A stretch of 64,000 bases of DNA from a bacterium. GTDB taxonomy: Bacteria; SAR324; NAC60-12. A program made the translations under genes and the position numbers. The stretch is taken from the NCBI GenBank assembly GCA_965205865.1, contig CBDBHR010000028.1, positions 192,001 to 256,000 on the forward strand. The letters are read 5' to 3'. Shown here one piece after another: positions 39,435 to 50,044 of the stretch (within the stretch, counting starts at the first letter, position 1; each line of letters opens with the position of its first letter). Below the pieces are notes generated by a model. The model was not told the DNA's origin. It saw only the letters and a program-made list of their open reading frames with translations, and searched no databases.

Positions 39435-39983
39435 GGTTCACTTTCAGAATGGACGGTGAGTGAGTCCGTGTTATACTTTGTCGAAGACTTTCCCCGATAG
39501 GAAAATCAAATTTTACCACCGGCCATATTATCTGAAAATTGGAGTAAAGAGAAATTAAATGGGAAGATTTTTCAATGGGAAAATGTATGTTGGAAGTTGA
39601 TGAGAAAAAGCAAACAATTTTATACTGACATTCCTCAAAAAACCTACAACTATTCCTCACCTCGAAAAATGAAAATACTTGGAAATGGAGAGGTAGACTT
39701 CCCGACAAACCGTGATTCGACGTCTGGCGGTAAAATGGCCGACTGTCGTGGTTTTGATGAAGACGGATTCCTACGATTGCCCTGGAGACCCGATTTTTCG
39801 CGCATTTGTCCACCAGTAGTAAAAAAGAGAGAGGGTTTCAACCCGTAATAACACTGAATTGCGAGAATTTTAAAATTCACGCCGGATCTTGCACCGCACA
39901 CTTGCGTCTCTCCCGAGATCATGGTAAAAGTATAGTGGTTGCTTAGACCTTTTCATCAATTAAATTTCAGATTCAGGAGGAAT

Positions 39984-40271
39984 ATGACGAAAGCAGAATT
40001 AATTGCAGCCATTGCTATTGAAGTAAATGGTACAAAAGCTAGCGCGGAACGGCATTTGAACGCCACGCTGGGTGTAATCCAAAAAACGTTGAAGAAAGGA
40101 GACACTATTCCTTTAGTAGGATTTGGTACATTTTCGGTTGTCAAGCGCAAAGCAAGAAGAGGACGCCATCCCCAAACTGGCGCCGTTTTGAAAATTCCTT
40201 CAAACAAAGTCGTGAAATTTTCAGCCGGGAAAACTTTGAGAGAAACCGTCCATAAAAAACGGAAAAAATAG
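39984..40271 (+). CDS. hup: HU-family DNA-binding protein
   Basis: MTKAELI, LVGFGTF, RKARRGRHPQTG, KFSAGK; AGGAGG RBS. Confidence 0.95.
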   Translation: MTKAELIAAIAIEVNGTKASAERHLNATLGVIQKTLKKGDTIPLVGFGTFSVVKRKARRGRHPQTGAVLKIPSNKVVKFSAGKTLRETVHKKRKK

Positions 40272-40283
40272 CTCTTCTTTTAA

Positions 40284-43106
40284 CTATCCCCTGGGAGACG
40301 CGTATCGGGTCCCATGATCAATCTGTGGGACCAATGAAGAATGCTCCCGCCACAATTGAATTTCCTGCGAGGACGTCAAATGGTTCTGGTCCCGGGCAAA
40401 AATCAAAATCCGGTTATGTCCTTCCTGTAGTTCGACCCTTGTGGAAAACGGAAGGCTGGTGAGGGGTCCTTTCTCCAGGTTGGTTTGATAAAAGATTTTT
40501 TCTTGATTCAGAAAAATGTAGACATCTTTCAGTTGCTGATCATCTTGGGCCATTCCCGTCAACTCCACCGTTTTCAAAAAAGTCACCCTCTCAATTGTTT
40601 TGTTGGCCGGACCGTTTATTTCGAAATCGATAGTGGGGGCCTGAAAAAACGCATGCGCACTTTGATGCGGTGAGAATTGATAGATGAGATTGCTCCGATT
40701 CAAGACTACGTCACGCACTTCAACGAACAACTCCGATGTTTCAAAGGCTGCGGGATCGTTAATCTGAAACAATAAAATAGCCTGTTTTTCCTCGCCGGAA
40801 GGCAAGGCTCCCAAATCAAATCGACTGCGGGAAAGTACGACTGCCGACTGCCCACCTCTTTTTCTGAGCAAAACCACCGAGTTTTCGGAATCCCCTGCCC
40901 CGGAATTGCGCACTCTGAGCTGGAGTGCGATTTTTTCTCCAGCCTGAATTTTCCGGTCTCCGTTACCCTCCGATCCAAAACGGCCATCATCGATCAGTTT
41001 CAAGTGGAATGAGAATTGCGGTGAAGGGGCGGCACTGGAGGCCAGAAAAATTCGATGTGTTGCCAATTTTTGCAGTTGATGATCCACAAATTCAAAATCA
41101 ATAGCATGGATACTGTTGTTCATGTCTTTGGGAATATCCATCTGGAAAGTACGTACTTGTACTTCTCCGGAAGCCAGGTAACCAAAGGGTAACTGGTGGC
41201 CGTTGAAAATTGAATGATCGCTTTTAATCATGCTGATCAAACGACTTGCAGGACCACTTCCCATATTTTTTACGCTTACCCGAAACCGAATCCGGGAGTT
41301 TGCCGGAATCAAGGGTGGTGCCGGTATCCAGCTTTCCTGGGAATTTTTTTGCATTTCAGTATGAATCTCAACCTGCAGCCGGGGGGTAGTTTTCGAGGCG
41401 ACTCGTTTCCAATTGATATCTCGTTTTTTCAGCGTTTCCACAATGCGAGAATCCTGAATCGGTATCATGCGGCGCTGCGCATCCAAAGCTGTTTGTAAGA
41501 GAGTTTGTTGACCGTTTTTGAGATACCGGGTCAATATTTGCCGGGCGATCTCAACAAAAAAATCCTCACTCAGCGTCTCTTCAGTATTTTCCTCACCCAA
41601 TAAAAAAGCATTTGAATCCACTGTCTCTGAAACAACATAAGGCAAAAAAGCCGAAGGGTTGTCAGCATGATCCGCAACCTGGAAATGCCTTGCCAAGTCT
41701 TGTTCCCGGTTTTCTCTCTCCCAAATCAAGCGTACCTGATCTTCAGTAATGATGACCGGGTACAACGCAATATCGGGGGTCACTCCCATAGATTGGATCG
41801 ATTTGTTGCCGGGAGTGAGATATTTGGCGACTGTCAATTTCAGGGCGGAATTGTCCTGAAGCGACCATAGGGTTTGGATTGATCCCTTGCCGAAGGTCTG
41901 CTCTCCCAGCAAGATTGCGCGTCTGTTGTTTTTTAAGGCTGCCGCCAGGATTTCCGAGGCGGAGGCACTGCCATTGTTGATCAACACAATAATGGGGAGT
42001 GTCATCAGTTTCCTATTATTCAAACCCCAATGGGATCGATAAATGGTGGAGTTTTGCCGATTTCCTACGGTTGCCACAATGGTTTTTTTATCAGTAAGGA
42101 AGTGATCGGAAACTCTGACCACCTGACTCAGTAATCCTCCCGGATTGTTTCTGATATCGATGATCAATCCTTTGAGTTGATCAATGTCGCGCAACTTGGA
42201 AACAAGGTCTTCATCCGTGTTTTGTTGAAAATTTTTAATTTTTATGTAGCGGATAAGACCGTCCGATTGGGGGGCCAGGTCAACGGATTCGACGCTATCA
42301 ATGTGAATGATCGTCCGAATCAATTCAAATTTTTTAGGGGCGCTGAAGCCTGCCCTCATGATATATAAAATGAGTGGAGTCCCCGCTTTTCCCCTTAATT
42401 TATTAGCCGTGTCGGTCAAGTTCATATTTTTTGTTTCTTCATCGCCAATGCGCACAATCCGGTCCATCGCCCGGATACCTGCTTTGGCGGCAGGAGTGCC
42501 ATCGATGGGAGTGATCACTGTCATCTGATTGTTCCGGATCCCCACCACGATTCCGACCCCTCCAAAATTTCCACGCGTATTGACTTGAAATTCATTATAA
42601 ATTTCTTTAGGCAGCAAGGTCGAATGCGGGTCCAATTCGGAAAGCATGCCTTCTATCAAAGAATATTCCACTTTGTAGATCTGGGCCGATGCGCTCCAAG
42701 ACTGTTTGATGGAAGAAACAAGTCGCTGTAGCAACTGATTCAACTCATCGAGATCGCGAAGCGGATGGAAAGGGATCGCTTCATGCCGGGTTTCGACCGT
42801 CAGATTGAGCAAGTGAGGACTTTGCTCCATTTGCAGGGTCACCAGTATTTCTGGAATATTGAAGGAAAGTTCATCCAGGGCACCCTGGAGCATTCGTTGC
42901 GGGACCAAACGATTCGGATCAACATAATCCAATTGCACTCTCATTAAAACTTCGGCAATCAATCCGGAAGAAGAAGACGTTTCATTGTGTCTCAACGGTG
43001 GCGCTGCCGATTTTTTGAAGCAGGACAACACAAAAAACAGTAGGAAAGAAACCCATATAGTCTGTACGGTGAGTTTTTTAAATTGAAATCTGTCTGACAA
43101 CTGCAT
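40284..43106 (-). CDS. S41 carboxyl-terminal processing protease with long C-terminal extension
   Basis: LDPHS, PDZ GGVGI, DIRNNPGGLL, SASASEI, TFGKGSIQ; start at ATG 43106 with GAGGAGG RBS. Confidence 0.9.
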   Translation of the reverse strand: MQLSDRFQFKKLTVQTIWVSFLLFFVLSCFKKSAAPPLRHNETSSSSGLIAEVLMRVQLDYVDPNRLVPQRMLQGALDELSFNIPEILVTLQMEQSPHLLNLTVETRHEAIPFHPLRDLDELNQLLQRLVSSIKQSWSASAQIYKVEYSLIEGMLSELDPHSTLLPKEIYNEFQVNTRGNFGGVGIVVGIRNNQMTVITPIDGTPAAKAGIRAMDRIVRIGDEETKNMNLTDTANKLRGKAGTPLILYIMRAGFSAPKKFELIRTIIHIDSVESVDLAPQSDGLIRYIKIKNFQQNTDEDLVSKLRDIDQLKGLIIDIRNNPGGLLSQVVRVSDHFLTDKKTIVATVGNRQNSTIYRSHWGLNNRKLMTLPIIVLINNGSASASEILAAALKNNRRAILLGEQTFGKGSIQTLWSLQDNSALKLTVAKYLTPGNKSIQSMGVTPDIALYPVIITEDQVRLIWERENREQDLARHFQVADHADNPSAFLPYVVSETVDSNAFLLGEENTEETLSEDFFVEIARQILTRYLKNGQQTLLQTALDAQRRMIPIQDSRIVETLKKRDINWKRVASKTTPRLQVEIHTEMQKNSQESWIPAPPLIPANSRIRFRVSVKNMGSGPASRLISMIKSDHSIFNGHQLPFGYLASGEVQVRTFQMDIPKDMNNSIHAIDFEFVDHQLQKLATHRIFLASSAAPSPQFSFHLKLIDDGRFGSEGNGDRKIQAGEKIALQLRVRNSGAGDSENSVVLLRKRGGQSAVVLSRSRFDLGALPSGEEKQAILLFQINDPAAFETSELFVEVRDVVLNRSNLIYQFSPHQSAHAFFQAPTIDFEINGPANKTIERVTFLKTVELTGMAQDDQQLKDVYIFLNQEKIFYQTNLEKGPLTSLPFSTRVELQEGHNRILIFARDQNHLTSSQEIQLWREHSSLVPQIDHGTRYASPRG

Positions 43107-43123
43107 TTCCTCCTCATTTATTT

Positions 43124-44137
43124 TTAAAATCCAAGCCGGAACCTTTTGGCGCCGGCACAAATGACCTGGTTGCGACCTTGTCGTTTTGCCTGGTACAACG
43201 CCGCATCCACTTGTTGCAAAATGGCATTGAAATTGGGTGAATCCCCACACACTTCCGGATACGATGCAATCCCGGCGCTGCAAGTGATTTTCAATTCCAG
43301 ACCTTCAATCCTGAAGGGAAATTTCTCCACTTTTGTGCGGATTCGTTCACCGGTTTTATAAGACTCATGCGTCCTCTGCCCACTCAAACCAATGATAAAT
43401 TCTTCTCCTCCATATCGTGCGACGATGTCATGCTTGCGGATACTTTGCCTCAGAATTTCTGAAAACTGGAACAAAACCTGATCTCCACACTGGTGCCCAT
43501 AGGTATCATTCACCTCTTTGAAATGATCGATATCCAGCATCACTAACCCAATAGGTTGTTGATGACGCAGGGTTCGCAGAAACTCTTTTTCAAGACGATC
43601 GACAAAATAACGACGATTGTAAAGCAGGGTCAAGGAATCAGTAATGGCAATTTCCCGCAAGGTTTTCTGCATGGCCTCCAGTTCATGGTTTTTGCATTCT
43701 AAAACGTCATTCAAGCGGGCTAATTCAAAATTTTTTTTTGCCAGTTGATCTCTTTGGTTTTTGAGGCGGAACATCCCTTGGATGCGTACCAGTAACTCAG
43801 GAGCGCTCAAGGGTTTGCAAATATAATCATCTGCCCCTGATACCAACCAATTGGTGAAAGTATCTCCATCTTTCAGTCTTTCCGCCATTAGGATAACCGG
43901 TATCCCTGCCGTTCTTTTTTCCCCTTTCAATTGTCTGCATACTTCAAAACCATCGAGTTCCGGTATTTCAATATCCAGTAAAATCACATCGGGTTGCTCA
44001 GACAGAACTTTCTGCAGGGTTTTTTTGCCATAGTCTGCAAAGATTAGTTCATAATCGCCCTTGCAGGGGAGCAGGGAAGCCACATTTCGGCAGGCTCGAC
44101 AGCCACCCGTAATCAGTACTTTAGCCATTGGATTCAA
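43124..44137 (-). CDS. Diguanylate cyclase with N-terminal receiver-like domain
   Basis: DSLTLLYNRR, DIDHFKEVNDTYGH, RKHD I-site, RYGGEEF. Confidence 0.93.
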   Translation of the reverse strand: MNPMAKVLITGGCRACRNVASLLPCKGDYELIFADYGKKTLQKVLSEQPDVILLDIEIPELDGFEVCRQLKGEKRTAGIPVILMAERLKDGDTFTNWLVSGADDYICKPLSAPELLVRIQGMFRLKNQRDQLAKKNFELARLNDVLECKNHELEAMQKTLREIAITDSLTLLYNRRYFVDRLEKEFLRTLRHQQPIGLVMLDIDHFKEVNDTYGHQCGDQVLFQFSEILRQSIRKHDIVARYGGEEFIIGLSGQRTHESYKTGERIRTKVEKFPFRIEGLELKITCSAGIASYPEVCGDSPNFNAILQQVDAALYQAKRQGRNQVICAGAKRFRLGF

Positions 44138-44454
44138 TCAAGGTTTCAGAAGACCAATTCCCTAACGAGTGCGGCGTCGCTATTACAGACTTTTAGCTGT
44201 TTTTCTTGTCACCGGAGTGAACGTCCGGTTCATGGTACGGGGGTCGGAATGGCCCCTCCGGCAATTCTATTTCCCGGAGCATATTGTTTTGTTCACTTCC
44301 GGACCTGTTTTACCGTGATAGGGGGTAACTGATTCCAGCTTGCCATTTATTATTTGACCCAATACTCTACCACGTGAAACAAGAAAACTTCATACTATCT
44401 TACCTTTCCAGGACGCGCAACCTTGAAGCATCGCTTATGCCGCGGTCGAATCAA

Positions 44455-45066
44455 ATGTTTCTCACCTGCCTCGATTTAGAAGGAGTACTAGTTCCTGAAA
44501 TCTGGATAAATTTGGCCGAAAAAACGGGAATCGAAGCATTCAAACTCACCACTCGTGATGTTGCTGATTACGATGAATTAATGAGAAAACGATTGGCTTT
44601 GCTTGCAGTACACAATCTAACGATAAACGATTTCCGGGACGTAGTCGCCGGTATGGAACCCTTGGAAGGGGCCATTGAATTTCTGGACTGGCTGCAAGGG
44701 CGCTGTACGGTGATCATCCTTTCAGATACCTTTGTCGATTATGCCCGGCCTCTTTTTGTAAAACTTCACAATCCGACCGTTTTCTGTCATTCCTTGATCA
44801 TTGATGAACATAACCGGGTACGTGACTATCGATTGCGACAGCGGGATCAAAAAAAGAAAGCGGTCGCTGCCTTCAAGTCATTGAATTTTCACGTAATTGC
44901 TATAGGTGATTCCTACAATGACTTGAGCATGCTCGAAGAAGCTCATACCGGCATTTTCTTTCGTCCGACCTCCCGAATCGTAAAGGATTATCCCAATTAT
45001 CTCGTTAGTCATACTTACACGGAATTAAAACAAAAATTGTCTCAAATTGGATTGTCGGGTGTCTGA
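44455..45066 (+). CDS. thrH: Phosphoserine phosphatase/homoserine phosphotransferase
   Basis: CLDLEGVLVPEIW, TTRD..DYDELM, GDSYND motifs. Confidence 0.93.
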   Translation: MFLTCLDLEGVLVPEIWINLAEKTGIEAFKLTTRDVADYDELMRKRLALLAVHNLTINDFRDVVAGMEPLEGAIEFLDWLQGRCTVIILSDTFVDYARPLFVKLHNPTVFCHSLIIDEHNRVRDYRLRQRDQKKKAVAAFKSLNFHVIAIGDSYNDLSMLEEAHTGIFFRPTSRIVKDYPNYLVSHTYTELKQKLSQIGLSGV

Positions 45067-45105
45067 GTCCCTTTTTGACCTGATCATGCGAACACACACT
45101 GCCAT

Positions 45106-45504
45106 ATGAACGATTCTAATAAAAAATCAATTTATTACCTGGGTGAGGGAACCGAAATCGAAGGGAAATTGACTGTCGACAAGACAGTTGTCATCGATGC
45201 AACTATCAAGGGTTCTGTCGAGGGACAACAGGAAGTGATTTTTGAGAGAAAAGGCCGAATGGAAGGTCCTATCCATGCGCAAACCGTAACGGTGAAAGGT
45301 AAAATCAAGGGGGATATTTTTTCCAAAAAAGTCGTCAAAATTCTTCCGGGAGGAGAATTGGAAGGCAACGTGACCACTCCTCCGGGAGGGGTGGTTGTTC
45401 AAAAGGGAGGCATTCTCAACAGTCGTTTGTCACCACCGCAATCAAGTCCCAATCCTCCGGATCAGCTCTCCCGGCAAGCAAAAGACGGCATTCTCACCAA
45501 ATAG
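45106..45504 (+). CDS. Bactofilin (polymer-forming cytoskeletal protein)
   Basis: LGEGTEIEGKL and repeated V.G.I.G beta-helix pattern. Confidence 0.88.
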   Translation: MNDSNKKSIYYLGEGTEIEGKLTVDKTVVIDATIKGSVEGQQEVIFERKGRMEGPIHAQTVTVKGKIKGDIFSKKVVKILPGGELEGNVTTPPGGVVVQKGGILNSRLSPPQSSPNPPDQLSRQAKDGILTK

Positions 45505-45613
45505 TCTCTTTTTGAAATGCTATTAAAACAGGCGCGAGTTCATGCTGCCGTATTAGAAAGCGGTCCGTATACGCGACTCTCCTTGTTCAGCAGAGCTTAA
45601 CAGAGCAACGGCA

Positions 45614-47032
45614 ATGAATCATTGCTACACAGTCGAGGAATTGTCTCAAATCCTGCAAAGTCAGTCCGTTCAACTGCCGGAACAAACATTGTTCCGCAAC
45701 CTCTCCACCGACTCCAGAAAAATCCAGCCCGGCGATTTGTTTTTTGCCCTTTCCGGTGAAAACACCGACGGGCATCTTTATATCAAACAGGCATTGGAAA
45801 AAGGGGCGACAGGAATCGTTGCCTGTCGCAACAAAGTGGCACCTGCGTTACTTTCTTCCCAAATACCACTGATTGCGGTGAACGATCCTAATAAAGCTTT
45901 GCTGGACCTGGCGCAGGAGTATCGCACACGCCTCGAGACGGGCACAGTGATTGGCATTACAGGCAGCAATGGAAAGACCTCCACGAAAGAAATCGCGGCC
46001 ACCCTTTGCCAGTTTCTGGATCCTAAAACTCATGCTACCGAGGGAAATTTCAATAATTTTGTGGGCGTGCCCCTAACGATTTTATCTGCGAATTTGGAAG
46101 AAGCATGGTGGTTGATAGAATTGGGTACTAACCATTTCGGGGAAATCGCCACGCTCTCCAAAGTGGTCAAGCCCGACTTGGGATTGATTACCAATGTAGG
46201 GGAAAGCCACCTGGAGTTTTTAGAAAACACCCAAGGCGTAGCACGTGAAAAATCAGGATTGTTTGCGGGAATGGTTCCCGATTCTTTTGCAGCAATCCCC
46301 GCCAACCTGCTGCATCAGGATTTTGTCAGGGACTATGCGTCGGAACATAGAGTTTGCTTACTCACTTACGGTTTCGAACACTGGAAAGTTCCCAAGAAAC
46401 CCGATTTTTCAGCAAGACTCCTTTCCTCTTCTCCCACTCGGACCCGATTCGAATGGCTTGGCCAACCTTTTGAAACATCTCTGGGCAATCCTTTGCTACT
46501 TGGCAATTTATTGGGAGCGCTCACTTTGTTTCACCTCTGCGATATCCCTTTGGAATCACTGCAGAAAGCGACGCGGGCCTTGTCCTACTGCGTCGAAGGG
46601 CGGATGCAATTACATGAAATGGGAAGGTTTTTATTGGTCGATGATACTTACAATGCCAATCCTACCTCATTCTGCAGTGTGATTGACAGTTTGAGACAGA
46701 TGTACCCCCAACGCCGTTTGATTGTTGTTGCAGGCGCAATGGCCGAACTGGGTAAAGAGAGCAAACGCCTGCATTTCCAGTTGGGGAGGCAGATGAGAAA
46801 GGCCAACGTTGCTTTCCTTTTTGCCTTTGGTGACAATGAAGCGCACGAATATGTGGCTGGATGGCAGAAAGGCAATAACCTTTCCAACAACGTGTATTGG
46901 ACTGACGATATGATTGCATTCATGGACGCCTTTGAATCAGTGGTTCGGCAAGAAGACCTGATATTGGTCAAAGGGTCCCGCTCTGCTCGCATGGAACGAT
47001 TTGTTCACCTGATTCGAGCACGATCCTTATAA
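45614..47032 (+). CDS. murF: UDP-MurNAc-tripeptide:D-Ala-D-Ala ligase
   Basis: TDSR, GITGSNGKTSTKE, NNFVGVPLT, DDTYNANP, VKGSR. Confidence 0.96.
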   Translation: MNHCYTVEELSQILQSQSVQLPEQTLFRNLSTDSRKIQPGDLFFALSGENTDGHLYIKQALEKGATGIVACRNKVAPALLSSQIPLIAVNDPNKALLDLAQEYRTRLETGTVIGITGSNGKTSTKEIAATLCQFLDPKTHATEGNFNNFVGVPLTILSANLEEAWWLIELGTNHFGEIATLSKVVKPDLGLITNVGESHLEFLENTQGVAREKSGLFAGMVPDSFAAIPANLLHQDFVRDYASEHRVCLLTYGFEHWKVPKKPDFSARLLSSSPTRTRFEWLGQPFETSLGNPLLLGNLLGALTLFHLCDIPLESLQKATRALSYCVEGRMQLHEMGRFLLVDDTYNANPTSFCSVIDSLRQMYPQRRLIVVAGAMAELGKESKRLHFQLGRQMRKANVAFLFAFGDNEAHEYVAGWQKGNNLSNNVYWTDDMIAFMDAFESVVRQEDLILVKGSRSARMERFVHLIRARSL

Positions 47033-47052
47033 TCAACCACGAAGTACGAATA

Positions 47053-48951
47053 TCAGACTGAAAAGATCACGTGCTTCTCCAGAAAAGCGCTGATGGCTTT
47101 GTAAAACTGATTGATCGTTTCCTGCTTTCTCCATCCATGCCCTTCTCCCGTAAATAAGTGATACTCATGGGGGATCTTGTTTTGACGCAGGACTTCCACG
47201 ATTGCTTCTGTTTGATTTTTTGGCACCACCTCGTCATCTTCTCCCTGAAAGAGGAGCAACGGACGTTGAATGAGGTTGGCAAAAAAGAGAGGCGAACGTT
47301 CATGAAAGACAGAGGCTGCCTCCGGAAGGACGCCAATCAGGGAATCGGTGTAATGTTTCTCGAATTTATGGGTATCTTGTACCAGGTTGAACAGGTTGGA
47401 TATCCCGTATGAGCATATGCCAGCGCAGAAAACCGTAGGATGGCGTACCATCACCTGCAGGACCGTGTAGCCACCAGCACTGCCACCTTTGATGATCAGA
47501 CGCTTGGAATCCACCCGTTGTTGCTCGACCAGACAGGATGCCATGAAAATCGCGTCTTCCACGTCGGTAACACCCCATTGTCCCCGTAGTAAGTCCCGGT
47601 AGGCTTTTCCATAGCCACTGCTTCCTCGATAATTGAGGTTGAGGACGGCATAACCCCGCGATGTAAAATACTGCACGTTCCCACTCCAAATCGGCAGCGC
47701 TTGACTGGTGGGTCCGCCATGAATCCGAACCACCAAAGGAGGTAGACCCTGACTTTCAAAATGAGGATGTTGCGGGGGATAGAACAAACTGTGAATGGTT
47801 TGCCCTCGTTCATTTTTCGCCTGCAAGGCTTCGGGATGGGAATAATGATCCGCGGCAATCTGTTCATTGAAGGATCGTTTGAGAATCCGGAGAGTACTGA
47901 TTTTATGCTTTTTCTCAATTTTGATCAGCCGTTTTGGAACGTCGGAGCGAGATGCCAGCAAAACCGCCTCCCCTTTTGCGGAGATGCAAAGAGATTCCAA
48001 GTGGCTATACTGGTCTTGCATCCCTGGCCAGGGGATCATTTTACCTGAATTGCACTCGAATAATTGCAAAGAAGAGAAGCCGCGCTCGCTTTTAATGACG
48101 GCCAGCCTTTTTCCATCCGGCATCCAATCGTACCAGCGCATTCCCAGAATCCAGGCCGGTCCTCCAAATTCGATTGCCTCGTTGGTGAGCGCGCGTGTCG
48201 ATTTAGATTTTAAATGAAAGCAGTGCAGGTTGTACCAACCACTTTCATCACTGAGATAGACGAGTTGGTCACTGGCAGGAGAAAACTCGGGTTGGATGAT
48301 TGAATTTTTTTCTCCCCCGGCAATGGAAAGCACTTTTCCCGTACGGGATTGAGAAAGCAGGGTTTCGGAGATTGGCGCAAGCTCCAGGAAACTTCCGTCC
48401 CAGGGCATATTGGGATGATTCCAACAAACCCAACTCAACCATTTGCCATCAGGGGACCAACGAGGGTCCATATAAAAATCTGCACCGGATATCAATTTCT
48501 GCGGCCAGTGATTGCCGGATATTGGCACCAAGGCCAAGCCACCTTCCCCTTCATTTTCATAGACATAGACCACCCATTCTCCGCCAGGCGAAATCTGTGG
48601 AGACGCGCAGTGCCCAAATCCCGGTGTGATGGCGAGCGCATCGCCTCCCTGCAAGGATTGGCGATACAATTTTCCTCCGTTGCCCACAAAAACGACCATT
48701 CCACCATGCGCGCAAAAATTTCCTCCACCATAACCAACTCGCGCCCGGACGTTTTGTCCCAAGGTGAGCTCCCGAGGGCAATTTCCGGAAGAATCCATTG
48801 CCACCAGCGTGCCCACGCCATCGCGCTGTTCCAGCCAAACCAATTGATCGCTGACTTTGTCCCACCGGGGTTCACTCAAACCCAAAGCATTGGATATCAA
48901 TTCAGGCGTAAACAAACTCGGCCACAATCCATAAGCTTTTTCTGTTTTCAT
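47053..48951 (-). CDS. S9 (prolyl oligopeptidase family) peptidase
   Basis: HGGPT, NYRGSSGYG, GGSAGG nucleophile elbow, GEGHGW. Confidence 0.94.
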   Translation of the reverse strand: MKTEKAYGLWPSLFTPELISNALGLSEPRWDKVSDQLVWLEQRDGVGTLVAMDSSGNCPRELTLGQNVRARVGYGGGNFCAHGGMVVFVGNGGKLYRQSLQGGDALAITPGFGHCASPQISPGGEWVVYVYENEGEGGLALVPISGNHWPQKLISGADFYMDPRWSPDGKWLSWVCWNHPNMPWDGSFLELAPISETLLSQSRTGKVLSIAGGEKNSIIQPEFSPASDQLVYLSDESGWYNLHCFHLKSKSTRALTNEAIEFGGPAWILGMRWYDWMPDGKRLAVIKSERGFSSLQLFECNSGKMIPWPGMQDQYSHLESLCISAKGEAVLLASRSDVPKRLIKIEKKHKISTLRILKRSFNEQIAADHYSHPEALQAKNERGQTIHSLFYPPQHPHFESQGLPPLVVRIHGGPTSQALPIWSGNVQYFTSRGYAVLNLNYRGSSGYGKAYRDLLRGQWGVTDVEDAIFMASCLVEQQRVDSKRLIIKGGSAGGYTVLQVMVRHPTVFCAGICSYGISNLFNLVQDTHKFEKHYTDSLIGVLPEAASVFHERSPLFFANLIQRPLLLFQGEDDEVVPKNQTEAIVEVLRQNKIPHEYHLFTGEGHGWRKQETINQFYKAISAFLEKHVIFSV

Positions 48952-49384
48952 CTTGCAACCATTATCTTTACTCTTGCTATCGCGTCCACCTCTTCATACG
49001 ATTCAAATTCATTTATACCTTCGTGTTTTTTATCACAATGTCGCATGCCTGCATAGAAGGGAAATTGGAGGAAGGAAATGCTCAAATTCCTCAAACCCGG
49101 TCTGAATCCGCATCGTCACACGTCGATAAGTGTTGGGCCAAGGTTTAGGAATGAAATTTAAATAAGTTAGAAATATGGATACGCAAAATTAGGGTACAGG
49201 TAACAGCAGGAAAACAGTAGAGTTGGGATGCGCAGCAGTGTACATGTCCCCCAATTTTGCTCACACCATTGGAAGAATTACAGGTTATTTAAGGTTTGTT
49301 CCTTAATATACAATTATTACGCACAATATTTCTAACAGTTTTGAAATACCTATGAAGTATTCTTTGTTCTGTACACAGAATCAA

Positions 49385-49461
49385 TGTCATTCCTGGCTTG
49401 CCCAGGAATCCAGGGGGCCTGCCAAAGAACTCCTGGATGCCTGATCAAGTCATGCATGACA
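49385..49461. repeat. REP/RPE-like palindromic element
   Basis: TGTCATTCCTGGCTTG.CCAGGAATCCAG ... CTGGATGCCTGATCAAGTCATGCATGACA with self-complementary ends; related to the hairpins near 5735-5762 and 36563-36678. Confidence 0.65.
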
Positions 49462-49934
49462 CAGGCACCGGGATTGCTTGAATTATTTCAAACTGAGAAA
49501 CTGACTCAGAGTTGTAAATAATTCAGATACTTTTTCTAAGTATTTGAAATGATTTTTTTCAATTTATTAAGAATTAAAAAAAATGTCAGAACCATTGACG
49601 CACAATTTATGTTTAAAATTTCCTTCTCCCTGGTGAGAGATGTTCCTTACTTGGAGTGAAGAAACGATCCCCCTCCCCTGGAGGGAGGGGTTAGGGGAGG
49701 GGGAAAGGGGAGAGCGGCACCACGAGCGTTTCATTTATCGTCAGCCGTGATTCCAGTCTTGCTTTGTAGATATGATTGGGCTATTTTTTATTTCCAGCCG
49801 AATAGGGGAAATCCATTTGTTCCGTTTGATCATTCCCCCGACCGTTGCGCATGCGACGGGTGGGAACCCTCCCACAGTACCGTTTGATCGATGGGGTGGA
49901 AACCCTCATTTTGATCGGAGTGGCAACAGAAAAA

Positions 49935-50011
49935 GGGCCCATAGCTCAGTTGGTTAGAGCTGCCGACTCATAATCGGCCGGTCCCTGGTTCGAGTCCAGG
50001 TGGGCCCACCA
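49935..50011 (+). tRNA. tRNA with CAT anticodon, most likely tRNA-Ile2 (lysidine-modified)
   Basis: GGGCCCA/TGGGCCC acceptor stem, anticodon arm GCCGA-CTCATAA-TCGGC, GGTTCGAGTCC T-arm, encoded CCA; lacks initiator features. Confidence 0.93.
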
Positions 50012-50044
50012 AACCGTTCAAAATCACAAGCAGGAAGAAGAGGC

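Noticed and set aside
39435-39983. Short ORFs or an ncRNA upstream of hup
   Set aside because: Overlapping ORFs on both strands lack motifs, and I could not identify a convincing RNA structure.
43107-43283. N-terminal extension of the S41 protease
   Set aside because: Overlaps the diguanylate cyclase; ATG 43106 has a strong RBS.
15850-49056. Numerous 60-240 aa ORFs overlapping core genes
   Set aside because: Antisense or alternate-frame shadows of well-supported genes with no recognisable motifs.
49800-49934. CRISPR array
   Set aside because: Repeats are short and irregularly spaced, with no cas genes; no CRISPR array was seen anywhere in the window.
49935-50011. Initiator or elongator tRNA-Met
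   Set aside because: Paired G1-C72 and no three G-C pairs in the anticodon stem exclude initiator; overall sequence resembles Ile2, but elongator Met cannot be fully excluded.
50000-50044. ORF-track start of the helicase at 50000
   Set aside because: Overlaps the tRNA; ATG 50045 has a purine-rich RBS.
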